From Lama guanicoe (taxonomy: Eukaryota): 64,000 nt of DNA. The translations under genes and the position numbers were made by a program. The notes beneath the pieces are model-generated. The model made no database searches. It was not told where the DNA came from and worked only from the letters and a program-made list of their open reading frames with translations. The stretch spans positions 7,420,773 through 7,484,772 of the forward strand of contig MU056050.1 in NCBI GenBank assembly GCA_013239625.1. Direction: 5' to 3'. Shown here piece by piece: positions 1 to 14,214 of this stretch (the stretch's first letter is position 1; every line of letters begins with the position of its first letter).

Positions 1-38
1 ATAAGGTTTGCAAAACTTTTAGCAGCAGTAGCCAAGTA

Positions 39-288
39 CAGCTGGCCCTTGAACTAAATGGAGGCTAAGGGTGACGACTCTGTACAGTTGAAAATCTGTG
101 TATAGCTTATAATTGATCTTCCATATATACACAGTTCTTCCATATCTGTGGTTCCTCTGTACCTGCAATTTCACATCTGTAGATTCAATCAACCGCAGGT
201 TGTGTAGTATTTTAGTATTTACTATTGAAAAAATCTGCATAGAAGTGGACCCACACAGTTTAAACTCATGTTGTTTCAGGGTCAACTG
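39..288. mobile_element. TcMar-Tigger MITE (Tigger2a-like)
   Basis: TIRs CAGCTGGCCCTTGAAC ... GTTTCAGGGTCAACTG flanked by TA on both sides. A related copy lies at 54577-54796. Confidence 0.8.
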
Positions 289-291
289 TAT

Positions 292-410
292 ATTCACTGA
301 TATATTCATCACCTACTATGTGCCAAATACAATTCTAGGCATTTAGGAAACATCATTGAATAAAAAAAACAATACAAAGACCCCTGTTTTCACTGAACTT
401 ACATTACATA
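292..410 (-). mobile_element. L2 LINE 3' fragment
   Basis: CACCTACTATGTGCCA is the reverse complement of the L2 3' terminal motif. Confidence 0.6.
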
Positions 411-419
411 TCAAATCTT

Positions 420-1560
420 CTATTCTTTGTGCAATCTGATATGGCTGAAATCTACCTTCTTGAAACTGTTCTCCCTTGGCTTCTGCACTCTGGTATTATT
501 CTGTTCTGCTATTAGTCTTCAAGTGTTTTTTCCCGTCTTCTTCACTGGCTCCTCTTATCAAAACCTAATACCTTTAGATTATAAGTCATAGTTCCTGGGC
601 TCTTGATTTATAAAATTTGTTCCTCAGAAAACTCATTCATTTCCTCAAACCCAATGATCATCTCTCTAAATGTAGCCTCTCAATCTTGTACTTTTCACCC
701 AATTTCCTATCTAGTGACTCCCAATGCATACATATTTCTATTAGGATAATACCACACCTTCAACAAACAAGTAATAACTTAATCATCTTCAACTACTTAA
801 AATGGGTCTCCCTGTGCTCTTTTATGTTCTATCAATAACAGCACTATTCTCTCATCCAGTCTCAAAATTAATACTCTCTTTCTAATCAGTCAAGTTCTGC
901 TTATTTTGCCTTTACAATATCTCTTATATCCATTATTTACTTTCCATTTCCATGACTAGGTCCTCATCATTTCATGAATGGATGACTATAATATTGTTCT
1001 ACCTGATTTCTAGTCTTTCTATTCCAATCTCTCCTTTACACTACTTTTAGGTTAATTTTTATGAAATATCACTTTTATCATGTCATCATCCCAAATCACG
1101 AATCTTTAATAGCATCCTATTATCCATAAAATCTAAATTCCTCATCCCAACACTTAAAGCTCTCCATAATTTGACTGTAGCCTATTTACTCAGCTAATTT
1201 CTTGCTATTCACCAATGTAAACTATTTACTCCAGTCAGGATAGTCTCTGTAATGTTTCTAGAGCCTATTATGCTTATCTGGGTCTCTAGGACTTTGCTCA
1301 TGATAGTCATCAAACTTGGAAAGAGTCATCCCCACTCTTGCTCTACAAAATCTACCTATGCTCAAGTCTCTCTTTCCAACAAATCCCTCAGTACTTTAAT
1401 CTACACTCTTATTTTTGTTTAGTGCCTACTGTTTATGGCACTTGCTTTGTCACTTAGTCATATTTTTCCATACTACATTTTTTTTCATCGTCTCAGTTTC
1501 CCTTGTAGGAGTCTAGGCTACTTAACAGTAAGACAAGTGTCATCATTTGTTCCCTCTGCC
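420..1560 (+). mobile_element. Degenerate L2 LINE
   Basis: Pyrimidine-rich stretch with L2-type motifs (CCTTCTTGAAACTGTTCTCCCTTGGCTTC; AAAGCTCTCCATAATTTGAC). Confidence 0.6.
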
Positions 1561-1639
1561 ACTTTTTGTCAGTAGTCCAAAATAGCAGATCAAAAACATT
1601 CTGGTATTGAGATCCCTTTTAAAAAATATTGACCTTCTC

Positions 1640-3095
1640 AAAGCATCTTCGATTTTTCTAGGTTATATCTATCAATATCTACTATATTAGAAATTATAAC
1701 TGTGATATTTTAAAAGTATTGATTTATGTATCCATTTAAATATACCAACAAGAAATCTAATATGTTAACCTAAGTAACATATTTATGAAAAAAATTATAT
1801 TTTCCAAAACAAAATAAAAAGTGAGAATAATAGCATTGTATGACAAATTTGCAAATCTTTGTTTTTATAGAAGAGAGTTTACTAGAAGACAGTTGGATTC
1901 TTGTGTCTCCTTCTGCATTTAATATCTTGTGATATGTTCTTTGTGACATATTCTTTTAAAGTTAATGAGGAAAATCTGTCCTAATATAAATATGTAACTA
2001 GAAAATGGAGGAATATTTGAATAACTGTTTCAGGTAATTGTGGATATTCTTCTTTAATACTACACCAAAATTTTCAGTGGTAGTTTCTTTAAGATAAGTG
2101 TAATAGGGAATCTGAATCCATATTAATGATTTTTTTGGACTCTGTTATATTAAAATCCACTGGTCAGCTTTGTAATTTAAATGGATCTTTTACTCAGGCA
2201 CAATTTTCCAACATCATGCATTAATCATTTGACAAATATTGTTTCACTGAGCTATGCAGCTCCTCCAAATGGTGACACATTTTATTATATAACATTTTAA
2301 AATTCACATGAGTTAATATCACTGCTGGTCTCATCAGAAAAGACTAAGTATTGGGAAGTTCTTAAGATTATGGTGGCAGATACAAGTGTTCTAAAATTCT
2401 AATTTTCACTTAAAAGTTCTAATTTTATTGTTGACAACAAATACTGTCATTTATTTTCCTTACAGTGATGGGCTTACTTTATTTTTGAGAATACCCAAGT
2501 CTGAGTGACCACTGTCAGCTGTTCTTTCAAGTAAAATTGGAGTTCAGTGTAAAAATCTGCTAGTTTGGTTTACAACTCAATCGTGCAAAAGGGCTTTACC
2601 TCTAGATACTATTATACTTCAGTATGCATGATAAGTGCTTTATGCATACTTCTCATTTTGATACACAGATTATTAAAAAGATATATACTCATCAAATTGT
2701 GTGCATTAAATATGTGCAGTTCTTTGTATGTCAGTTGTACCTCAATAAAGCTGTTTTAAAAGATATGCGCACAAGGATCAATATTTAATAAAATTAATAA
2801 TATTTACTGGTTCATCAAGGACATTATTAAGTGAAAATGGCTTTTTAAACTGTGAGTGTATGGTGGTAAAGAATACAATTACTAACAAGTACAGTTTAGT
2901 ACCACTTCCTTGATTTGTGCCAAGGCACCAGCAGTTTACCCACTATTGCTCTTGCACCATTAGTGAAAATGTCAACACAGGAAAAAACACAAATAACATC
3001 TTGGAATTATTGTGAAAACAGTTTTGACCTTTCAGACTCCCTGAAAGAATCTTGAGGAGCCCAGAGGTCCATGGACCACACATTGAGAAACACTC
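1640..3095. mobile_element. hAT-Charlie DNA transposon remnant (Charlie1-like)
   Basis: Internal motif TAGAAGACAGTTGGATTCTTGTGTCTCCTTCTGCATT and terminus GGACCACACATTGAGAAACACT resemble the recalled Charlie1 consensus. Confidence 0.7.
2685..2760 (+). mobile_element. Short L1M 3'-end inserted in the Charlie element
   Basis: Ends ...TGTCAGTTGTACCTCAATAAAGCTGTT. AAAAGATAT occurs at 2676-2684 and 2758-2766 (candidate TSD). Confidence 0.7.
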
Positions 3096-3112
3096 AAAGT
3101 GTTTCTATAATA

Positions 3113-3149
3113 TGAGTCTACACTTGAGTCTACACTTTGAGTCTACACT
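3113..3149. repeat. Three tandem copies of TGAGTCTACACT
   Basis: Read directly from the sequence. Confidence 0.9.
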
Positions 3150-3179
3150 ATGTTGGGAATTCTTTCCTCCTTTAGCATT

Positions 3180-4420
3180 ATCTCTGGTAACTTCACTGGT
3201 TTCTCGTTGAGTTCAGTCCTCTTCTTTTAACATTCTAAATACACCCTATGAGTATATTTACTAATGATATTCCCAAATCTATATCTCTAATGCATACTTA
3301 TCTTCTGACCCACATATCTATATTTTTATTAATATCCTCCAACTTGTTATACCTCCAACTTGATATACCCAAAACATAATTCATCTTTTCTCTCAAATTC
3401 TTTCATATTCCTGAATTCCTGATCCAGGCTCTTAGCACCTTTGTTCATCCAGTCACCTAATCTAGAAATCTAGGGGGTCATCCCTTACTCCTTCCTCATC
3501 CTCACCCATAAAGAGCAGCCAGGCAGCATCAATTTGTGATATTGTGATAACATCAGTATTGTAATACAATAGGGAATGGTGAAGCCCAGGTCAAACTGGA
3601 GAATGCATGTTCCTTTAAAAGGCATTTAAATTCAAACACTGCGTGGGCCAAACAAAACGTATTTGCTAGTTGCCAGTCTGTGATACCTGGCAACTCTGAA
3701 ATATATCTTGAATTTGCACCTATCTTTCCATTTCCACTGCCATTCTTCTACTTTAAATCCTCTACCATCTCTTACCTAGACTACTGCAATAGCCTTATAA
3801 CTGATTGTCTGGCTCCAGTTTCCACAAAGTTTCCCCCTTCCCTGCTCCAACCAGGTTTATCTTTCAGAAGGCAAACAGTGATCTAAAGTGTAAATCTGGT
3901 TATTTATTTGAAACCTCAGCTTGAAACTCCAGCTTAAAATCCCATAATCATTCCCAATTTCTATAAAAAAAATACACATTTCTTAGCACAATGTTAATCT
4001 ATAATCTGTGTCCCTCCACTCATTACTTCAATTTTGCTTTTCTCCACTTTTCTAAATGCCAAACTTCAGCTATTAATATCATGATAAGAGCTAAGTCTTT
4101 TTAATTACTTCTTATATGCCAGGCAGTGTTCCAAATTACATATATTAACTCATTAGTCCTCACACTTATATAAAATAGGTATCATTATTGAGCCCATTTT
4201 ACAGATAAAGAAACTGAAGCACAAAGCCAAACTGAATCATTAGGAGTTCCTCTAAAGTTGCTTATTGTGCTTCAGAATTCTGTGTCTTTGTATATGCTAT
4301 CCTTTCTGACTGAAATGATTTTGTTTTCTTTTCTAATGAACTTACCATTTTTCAAAATTCAGGTCAAATATCATCTCTTTAAGCTATCTTCTGTAGCTAT
4401 CCCCAAACATCTGCTTAGCA
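3180..4420 (+). mobile_element. L2 fragments interrupted by a hAT MITE (~3520-3690, MER102-like) and a minus-strand MIR (~4075-4225)
   Basis: L2 motifs; CACTGCGTGGGCCAAACAAAAC (MITE); CCCATTTTACAGATAAAGAAACTGAAGCAC (MIR core). Confidence 0.55.
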
Positions 4421-5415
4421 CTTAACACAGCAGAAAAGTGGCTCACCAGTAGCAGGTAGTCCTTGCTGTAATGATACACTATGTCAAGAACTATAATTTC
4501 TTACTTTTTATGGAAGAGTGAGAGGAACAAGGTGAAGGTGGCTTTGTTCCTGTGCCCCCTTCCCAACCTCGCTCCCCTACAATCACCATCACATCCCTAT
4601 GGCAGATAGTCCTTTAGAGATGATTCAAGCAAAAGTCATAGCTTGTACATGTTGGATTACCCTTATCTGGGTTCTTACAATACAGGAGGCTTAAACCCAT
4701 TTCATAACTTCTCAATAAAGTCATGTCTGTTTAGATAATTGGAACTGTCAAAATCAATAAGAAAAGTTTAAAAACAGTCATGACAAGCCACACTGAAATG
4801 AAGAAGAAACTATAAGTCACTGATTACTATGATTTTTTACAGAGAAAGCTATATATTCTTTTCTAAATTGAGCATTAAGGTATAAAAGCTCCTTATTCTC
4901 TAACATATTTAGAGTTTGAACACATGTAATCTAGCATCTTCTACTAGGCAGGGATTTAATGAACATTTTGTGAGAACATCTGTTTGTTATTTATCTTTGT
5001 CTCATTTTACACATCAGCAAATCCCTTTTTACCACCAGGACAGAATAAAAATCACCATTTCATTATACAGCGTTCATAATTTTAAACTTCAACTGGGGGA
5101 AAGAGAAGCAATCGTCAGCACTGTATTCTACCTGATGTTACAAGGAAGAAGTACCAGGGTAAGGAAGCGCTGACGGGAGATGATTAAATATATAAATCCC
5201 TTTAACACACACTCTGCCAATGGCTACTGTGTTTTACTGTTCCAGCAACTACTAAGGAGAATTAAAAGCCACTCTGTCTTTCTAGAAGGGTATCCTTTGT
5301 TTGCCCTCTTGAGTCTATGTCAAAAAAGGATGATTTTGCCTAAATAAACTTTTTTTCTCTGTGTTCTACAGAGAGCTTTAACAAAGAAACAACTGTTGAA
5401 ATTACCAGGTATAGA

Positions 5416-5529
5416 CTTTTCCCCAGATTCATTGAGATATAATTGACATACAACACTGTATATACAAAGTGATGATTTGATGTATGTATATATTGTGAAA
5501 TGATTACCACTGTTAAGATTAGTTAACAC
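5416..5529 (-). mobile_element. L1MA-type 3' end fragment
   Basis: ATTGAGATATAATTGACATACAACACTGT ... GAAATGATTACCAC. Confidence 0.7.
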
Positions 5530-8369
5530 TTTGAAAATCTGTAAAATTATAGAAAGAACTACTATATTTTCTTCAATGCCCCTATCCTATTTCACGAAGC
5601 TACCTAATGGTATTTCTAAGTGCTCCCACTACTTATCATAAGGAAGGAGCCAGTATCAAGGCCTTATTCATCATGAATGGCAAGTGCCATGAGCTAAGGC
5701 TAGTATAAAGTAGGGAAAGAATGCTGCCAGCTTAGGCAGAGTAACTGAAGCCATTTCTGGAAGTATATCCATCATAGCATCCACTTGCAAATGTGTTTTT
5801 TAAGGTCAGTAACAGTATGGAATAAAACCTTGATTATACCGTAGTTACAGTTGATTCTTCCCTAGATCCAAATATACTCTCCTATTTGCCATGGAAAATA
5901 ATAAAGTAAGGAATAAGAAAGACACAGTCCTTGTCTTCAAGAACTTACAATCATTTCCTTCCAACAGTCATTTACAGTACTCATACATCACTAGTCTTGT
6001 ATAAAGAAAACAAATTTAGCACACATAAACTCTCTAAAGAATAGGAGGAGATATAATACCTAATTGAACATTGGATTTAAGTGGTATAGATAGTAAATAC
6101 TGTTGCAATTCAGAGGAGGGGAGAATCAATGGAGGCTGGCAGAGATGGGGAGGCTTTCCGTGATGTGTAGAATTTGAGTTTGGTAAGTTAGAGAAGATTT
6201 AGAAAGGTGAAGGAGGAAGACAAACTAAGAATCAAATTAATCTATATTATGCACCTTCATCCTATCCTAACACTTGAGTTCTTTATTATAGAAGTGTTTT
6301 TAAAGTTTCTCCCCATAATACCATCAAACAGGTATAGGAAGAGATAAAAGAGATACACACACCTCCCTTATACATTCCTTTCTAAGTCACTGGGGAACAG
6401 AAACCTCAGAGAGGAATTGATCTGATTATCTGATTAGAGTAATTGATGCTAAAATATGATTGAGGTTTAACCTTCCCATGAGACATTTGTATCTTAAAAG
6501 AGATAATCAACCAATACAGAATCTCTAATTAGTACAATTATGTGGAAAAGGTATTTTGAAGCTGAGAGAGGTCCCCCCCAGAGCATTTTTCTTCTCTTTG
6601 TCCATTTCAGAGTTTCCTTCCCTCACATAACCTGCTAGAACTTAAGATATGCAGGATCATTGCAGTAGTAAATGCCTTTCCCCTTATTTACAAGAACCTC
6701 TTTACTTCACTGGGCTCCTGGATGCAGCAAATTGTAAATACTGGAAACTGTCTTTGATATTGTTCTAAGTAAGTTTCTATTTTCTTCTGCATTAGTTTTT
6801 TGTTTGTTTGTTTTATTTTGTAAGGCAAAAACATTGATAAACATATAGGGAACCACTTTAGATTGATAAAAAGAAAACGCTCATGAATGGCATTCACGAT
6901 TCTCTACCAGGCTGGTATAATACCCACTGAAGATCATATCAGAATCTCCAAAAAATCTTTTTCAAACTATGTCTCCCCCAACTTCTGATATGTCAATATT
7001 TCCCCAAGGTAGCATATCCCCTCTCTACTTGATTTCAGCATCATCCTAGACTTAATACTTAATACTTACCAACCATTACCAACCTTCAATCCCAATCTAC
7101 CTCACCATGGCAGATAATCATGCTGAGGGCAAGGAAGAAAGAAGGCAAGGAAGGAAAAGAAAGAAAGGAAGCTTTAAAAAAGCTAGAGGAAATATATAAC
7201 ACTAGATTTCTAGGTGACTAAGCTTTAAAATCCAGGCTGCATTGTCTTCATTCTTAAGAACTGGCTTCTATTCTACATACCCTGAGAAGAATTTTCTGTG
7301 GCCTAGAATGGTAAACTCCATTCCATCTGTAACTGGGAAACGCTTTAGTCACCACCTGAGATATGAGGTGTGAGAGAATCAGAAAGGCTCTGTCTACAAC
7401 TGGCCCCTTGGTAGTAAGAGGTGGGAAGAAAACTAAGAGGTGGGAAGAAAAGACAAAGGCAGCAGAAGAAAAGATAAACCAGCAATACAAGAAAGGCAAC
7501 AGAAGCAAAGATAAAACAGCATTGCAAGATTGGCAGCACAGGTGATCACAGCAGTGCAGAGAGGTAGGTCAAACTATGAAAATTATATGGAGCTGCAGCT
7601 TTACAGCCAAGAAGCAAATGGAGAAACAGTTTCAAGCAAGGGAATAAAGTAGAGGAACGAAAGTAGAGAAATAAAAGGCAGATTATGTCTTTTCAGGTGG
7701 GACAGCAAAATTCATATGAAACTCTGAAATCTCAATAAATTCAACTAAAAGGATGAAATGCCACAAAACTTATCTGAAACACTCTATTGTATTATCAAAA
7801 GGCATTGTTGCTAGGGCGCAAAAACAAAACAGAACACACAAAAACCACACACACACATGCATATTTACATGCATATGCACACATTTGTGTACAAAGATTA
7901 AAACAGAAACATGTATAGAGATCACATACACAGCCACTCACCACCCACACAGACACTGACACATACACAAGCCTGTACTCCAGGATGGAAGTGAATGAAA
8001 GGAAACCATCTCTGACTTAGCTAATTTTCTCCTTCAACTCTGTTCCTTGGTTTCTTCACTTAAATAGAAATAATCCCAGTCAAATGCAAGAGATGTGTTG
8101 GTCACTGAACAGGGTGTTGCATTTTGGTTGTCTCATATTACATATTTATACCATGTGGATTCTGGCTACTTCAGAAACAAAGTTAGTTGTAAAAGGTATA
8201 AGCTTTGGTTCTGAAGTGGTGTTACTGGTGAGAATCGGTATGTGGAAATAGTGTATGGAGCCACCCCTCATGGAGTTCCATCATAAGTGAGGTTTGTGCC
8301 TTTAAAAAATCACTTACTTACATATTCAAAGCAATCCCTTTTGAAATCCAAACTGGCTTTTTTCCTTTT

Positions 8370-9822
8370 TAAAGAAAATTGACACACTGATTCTAAAATT
8401 CTTATGGAAATATAAGGGACCCAGAATAACTAAAATAATCTTGAGAAAGAATAATGTTGGAAGACAATTCCTGACTTCAAAAATTACTACAAAACTACAG
8501 TAATCAAGACAGTGTGGTACTGAACAGCAGAACAGAATTGAGTGTTCAAAATTAAGCCCTTATATTTACTATCAATTGATTTTTGATAAATGTGCTAAGA
8601 TCATGCAATGGAGAAAGAACAGTATTTTCAACAAATAGTTTTGGAACAATTGGATATCCACATGCAAAAGAATAAGGTAGGACCTGATCTCACATCACAC
8701 ACAACAAACACACAACAATTAACTAAAAATGGATCACAGACCTATATGTAAGGGCTGAAAATGTAAAACTCTTAGAAGAAAACATAGGAATAAATCTTTG
8801 TGACTTTGAGTTAGGCGATGGTTTCTTATATGTGACACCGAAACATAAATGACAAAAGAAAAAAAAATTGGCTTCATCAAAATTGGAAATGATATAATCA
8901 GGAATTTGAAAATATAGTCTTCAGAGTGGTAGAGAATATTTGCAAAGCGATAAGATACTACTTCATACCTATTAGAAAGACTGCTTATTGTTATTAGCCA
9001 GTAATAAGTGTGGACAAGATTGTGGAGAAACAGGAATCCTTATTCATTGTTAGTGGGATGCTAAAAATTGTGTGGCCACTTTGGAAAACAATTTTGGTGG
9101 CTTCTCAAGTTAGATGTAGAGTTACCATATGATTCCTAGGTATGTATCCAAGAGAAATGAACACATATGTCTACACAAAAACTTGTACATAAATGCTCAT
9201 AGCAGCATTATTCACAACAGCCAAAGAGTGGAAACAACTCAAATGTCCATCAACTCATGAACAAACAAAATGTGGTATGGCAATACAATGGAATAGCTTG
9301 TAGTTATTGAAAAAAAGGAAGTACTGATACATGCTACAACATGGATGAACCTTGAAAAATTATGCTTAGTGAAAGAAGCCAAATGCAAAAGGACACATTA
9401 TATCATGATCCCATTCATTTGGAACGTCCAGAATAGGCAAATTCACAGAGAGATAGTAGATTAGTGGTTATGTAGCACTGAGGCAAATAGAGGGAAAGGG
9501 AGACAATGGCTAAGGGGATCAGGATTTATTATTTGGGGGGGATAATAAAAATGTTATAAAATTGAGGGGGGAGGGTATAGCTCAGTGGTAGAGTGTATGC
9601 CTAGTATGCACAAGGTCCTGGGTTCAATCCCCAGTACCTTAATTAAACTTAAAACAAAAACGAATTACCCCCTTCACCAAAAAAAAAAAAAGGTAAAAAT
9701 ATTGGATTTTTAATGATGGTTGCATAACTTCGAATATACTAAAGATCATCAAATTATGCACTTAAAACAGGTGAATTATACATTATGTAAATTATACCCC
9801 AACAAAGCCGTTAATAAAAAAA
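8370..9822 (+). mobile_element. Old L1 (L1MB-like): ORF2 3' remnant plus 3' UTR
   Basis: ORF2-like AAAACTACAGTAATCAAGACAGTGTGGTAC; ACAACATGGATGAACCTTGAAAA; ends AACAAAGCCGTTAATAAAAAAAA. Confidence 0.85.
9566..9691 (+). mobile_element. tRNA-derived SINE, camelid Vic-1 type
   Basis: GGGGAGGGTATAGCTCAGTGGTAGAG (A box) ... GGTTCAATCCC (B box) with an A-rich tail, inserted into the L1 3' UTR. Confidence 0.85.
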
Positions 9823-9844
9823 ATCAGTCACTCGGGAAACACAT

Positions 9845-10250
9845 AATTGTTTTCCAACATTTGAGTGGTTACCATATGGGAGCAGGGTGAGGTGGTTTGG
9901 TGTAAGCGTCAAGGGCGAAACAGAATCAGGGTCACCATGGAATACAACTCCAGAGGGCTCAATTCATGTTGTAGTTTGTACTCTAGGCCTGAGTAGGAGC
10001 AATGGGTAGAGGCTGAAGGGAGAGATATTTGGGCTTATTTATGCAAACATTCAATGACTGGAGCTATTCAAAGATCAATGTGCAACCTCATAGTGGAAAG
10101 TGCAAAATTATCGGGTATCCAAGCATAAGCTGGATGACTACTTGGGGATGGAGTAGATAGGTTCACATAACAGACAGATATATAGGTGGTAGAGGGGGGA
10201 GATGTGACTGGATAGCCTTTAAGGTTTCTTATAATCCTAAGATTCTATTA
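9845..10250 (+). mobile_element. CR1/L3 3' remnant
   Basis: AAGCTGGATGACTACTTG and terminal GCCTTTAAGGTTTCTTATAATCCTAAGATTCTA resemble the L3 3' end. Confidence 0.55.
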
Positions 10251-12598
10251 AAATGCATATATTACCAACTTTCTCATCTGTAAACCTTATTCTCACTCTT
10301 AATTATTACCTCATTAGCCAGGAATAAATGAATACTTAATTATTGCCTCTAGACTCATAAGTCCCAATAGTGATTTCCCATGAAATAATAAAACTTGATG
10401 TTGTGGGTTAGGCTATTTCTAATACTTACATGTTGTCTCTGGCTCACTCATTTAGCAATGGGCCTATCTATTAGATTACCTTTTTTGTAGTCTACAGCTT
10501 TAAGGGTAGCACTCCATAAGTGTTAGTAAGAACAGGATTCTGCATTGTACTTAATACTAATAATAGTTAAGTTAATTAATACAACTCATTCTGGACTCTG
10601 TTTTTTCTCTCTTTCCACCCTTCTCTGTCTTTTCATAAGATATGGAATATGTAGTCTGCTGATTATTACAAGTTGCTTCCAAAGCTTCAGAATGAACCTT
10701 TTGGCTGAAGTTTTCAAATATTTTGGCATAAGTCCACAAACCCCATAAGAAACTGGCACTCCATTCTGCAATGCTTTTCTCTCTGTCAATAACTTTAACT
10801 TGGGGTCATGAAGTGGAATCATTTGTCAGGTGGTCCATTATGATATAGATTTAAAACCTCATGGGGTAGAGGTCTTCTATTACACTTTATATTTAAGAGC
10901 TACTGGGAATGATTCTATACTGAGAAAGAGAAGTTCAGCTACAATGAGAAAAGCTGCTTATCCATTATCTGTTTCACAACAGCAAGGGGCAGTTTAATAT
11001 CCTAGAAGGGGCATCTTACCAACAGTGACATGGGATCAGAAATGGCTAAACAGCTTCAAGTCAAGTACCTCCCTCATTGGACTGGTCAAGTATAGGTAAC
11101 ACATATAGTAGGTGCTAGCTAAGTAGTGCTGAAGTGAATTATCCTGGCTTACTGACATCTTTGGATACACAAAAACCCTATATCAAAAATCTCAGATGGA
11201 AAACATCTGCGATGAAATTGTACTCGTTGTCCAGCTTGTACCCCAGAGTCTTGCTATAAATCCCAACCTTGGGGTCCATGCCTTGGAACTGTGTTCTAAT
11301 GTTCTAACATAGCCCTTCTGTTACTTCCAGTAATAAATCCCCATGGAGAAGTTCCAAGAAGGGTATTGCCTTAGATCATATTCCATGTTACAGTGAGGTT
11401 CTTTACAGCTTGTGCTTCATCTGGTCTTGATGTGAGGCCAGCAAAGGAAATGTTTTGGAGAGTATGCTGCTAGGTGGGGGTTCTTTTTATTTTAAATAGC
11501 TGTAAATATTTGACAAAATGATTATGCCCTTGTTACTTCAATTCCTTCAGACCATTTCTTCCCAGACCATTTCTTTCCCTTGTTAAAAGCTTCACGAGGC
11601 CCATGGGTAGGGCACTCAGGAACGCTACTTGGGAGGGGGAGAGATACTACTGGAATCCCAGGCTCATTCTCCAATGGTCATATTTCTGCCTGTGCTTATC
11701 CCCTTTTCTGCCAGATTGAGCTCTTTATTGTTCACACTACTCAAAATAGCCATGAACGCCAATATTCACCAACTACTCATGCTGTCTTTATTGTATTTAT
11801 TTTGCATCCCACCCTCATAAACCACTCTCTCTTAAGCATTTCAATTGCTCTTTTCCATTTCAAGCATCTTAATTTCAGAGAATGGAAACTTGGGCATAGT
11901 CTTATTGCCAATTAAAAAGGGATTCGCACTACTTTGCTCTAACAAGTTATTTGCCCATATCCATGTCAGTTACTCAAAACCATATTGGCTTTTTAATGCC
12001 ATATCATATTGCATATTCTTAATATAGTTTACTATCTCCTATCACCTGTAGACTTTAAAAAGCTTGAATCAAATTTACTTTTGATGATGATCTATTTGTG
12101 TGATGTTTATAACAAGCAAAAAGTGTAATATGTCACCCAAAAACTTTTCCAGAAGAGTCCGAATTTTTATTAAATATGGATTGTCACAATTATTTTATAT
12201 TCTTCATATTCTTTATCACAACTTTAGGTAAATATAGATTGTACAACTTCCACTTAATAAGCTGCGCAAATTTCCATGACTCAGAAGAGCATACTGGAGT
12301 TGTCATTCTTTGTAGTTCCAGCCCCACCTCTAAACCAAAGGGCAGTGTTTGGGAGAATGTCAACCATATTTAGCAGGAAGAGTTAGCAGTCTCGTGTAGT
12401 GGCTGGGAGTGGCAATTAAATTAGTAAAGTGTATAAAGAATCTAAAGAAGGTTTTCTTTATAACCTGTTTATCATAAGCTTCAACTGGATACATCCTAAT
12501 CCCTGTTCAGTAGACAGTTAACACAGGGAATACTTCCTTTACATTCTTCCACTTTACACTAAATTGAGTTTTTTGTGAAGGAACACCCTAGTGCTTAG

Positions 12599-12604
<6 letters not shown>

Positions 12605-12631
<27 letters not shown>

Positions 12632-12668
12632 AAACACACACACACACACACACGCACGCACGCACGCA
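12605..12668. repeat. Compound microsatellite (CT)n-(CA)n-(CGCA)n
   Basis: Read directly from the sequence. Confidence 0.95.
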
Positions 12669-14214
12669 TGAACACACCGCTGGAAAAGATAACCATTCCT
12701 AAGTACACATATAGGTAAAAAGCAATGGGAATTCAGGCTTTGGAGTCTGGACACAGAACTGTAGAGAAGTTAGTAGTATATATAGCCTTGGGCAAGGAAG
12801 ATAGCCAACACTTATTGAGAGGGCTAAAGAGAATTATATGAAATAACGTACATAAAGATCCTTGCACAGACCTGTAATATACCTTTAAAACATATTTGCC
12901 TTCTTCTCTACCCTAGTTTGAATTATGAAGCGTCCGGATCAGAGTGAACTGTTTCATTGAAAACTGAAATGTCTGGCTTCTTAAACAAGGTAAAAATGTC
13001 ACTGAAAATCGTAGGTGCAGTTTGAGGGAAGCGAAAGGCAAGGGGTTAAAAATTTCCTTTAGTTCCAAATGGGTTTTGTTTTTACGCATTTCTCAAAACT
13101 GTAGCTGTGGCACTATCTCTTTAGTCCTCAAAACAAAAGAACCTATTTGCAGAGTGCTCCAGGGTGGCCCTGAGTGGCACTTTAAAACACCCGTTTTGAA
13201 CTCCTCTAGGCAGTTCAGTGAGGCCGGATACAACAATAGATTCTGGGAGTGAGTCTGAATGGTACAAAAAAGGTGGGGGTGGGGGGTGTCTGCTGTCCAT
13301 TGAAAAGAGAAAGCAGAGCTTAAAAAAAGTGAAGAATGTGAAAGGAGAGAAGGGAATTTCAGGATGTGGTCAATTTTTTAGCAACTGAAAAGGAGTACAA
13401 AAAACTGGGCTCTAGGCAACAGACGGCAGGTCAAGCAGGCATAATTATTTATCATATAGTTTCCACAGACAGCAATAGTCAAATGCATTATTTTACCTAT
13501 GTGTTTTTCCCCAATACTATAGATTTTGACACTGGGTTCTTTTTACAAAGCCACCAAGTATAACTAATGCACAAGATGAACACACAATAATAAAAACAGA
13601 ATGCCTAGATTTATGTCTCTTTATGTAGAGACTGTAATCCACTTCTGATTCAATTCTTCCAAAGTATTAATGCTATTTAAATAATGAAATCACCCTGAAA
13701 GGGCTACACTACTGGTTCAAGGAAGATCTGTCAGAGAAAGAAATGGAAGCTGAAAAGTAATAAGTAATGTAAGGGGCCGATCAATCCAAAAGAAAATAAA
13801 GGGTTAAAGGGTCTAGGAGACCTAAAATGTATAAAAGTGTCTATGACCTAAACATTGGAGCTACGAGCTTTTCCTTCTGATTAACTCAACTTTCTTATCC
13901 CTAGCTCAGAAATCAAGGCTTAACACCCAGCTCTCAATAGCAAGCCAGTATGATTAGAAAAATAGTACTGATGAGAAATGCAGAGTGTAGATCTCATTTA
14001 AATTTAATTGAGAAAATAATCCATTAAATCACTCCTGAAGATATCTCACTTTAGGCCATTTTAAAAAAATTCAAACTATTCAAAAAAAGAAATGCAATGT
14101 TCTGTGTGTCAAAGGAAACAATGTTATGATTTGATTACCCATCCATACAATGATCACTGCAGCCATCTAGACCCCTAAGGGAATTATTCCTTCTGGATAG
14201 ACAAGCTTTCTGGA

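Noticed and set aside
9566..9640. tRNA-Ala gene
   Set aside because: It has an A-rich tail, a poorly paired acceptor stem and sits inside an L1, so it is a SINE.
11549..11575. Small tandem duplications (CAGACCATTTCTT x2; similar at ~18521 and ~54036)
   Set aside because: Ordinary replication-slippage duplications.
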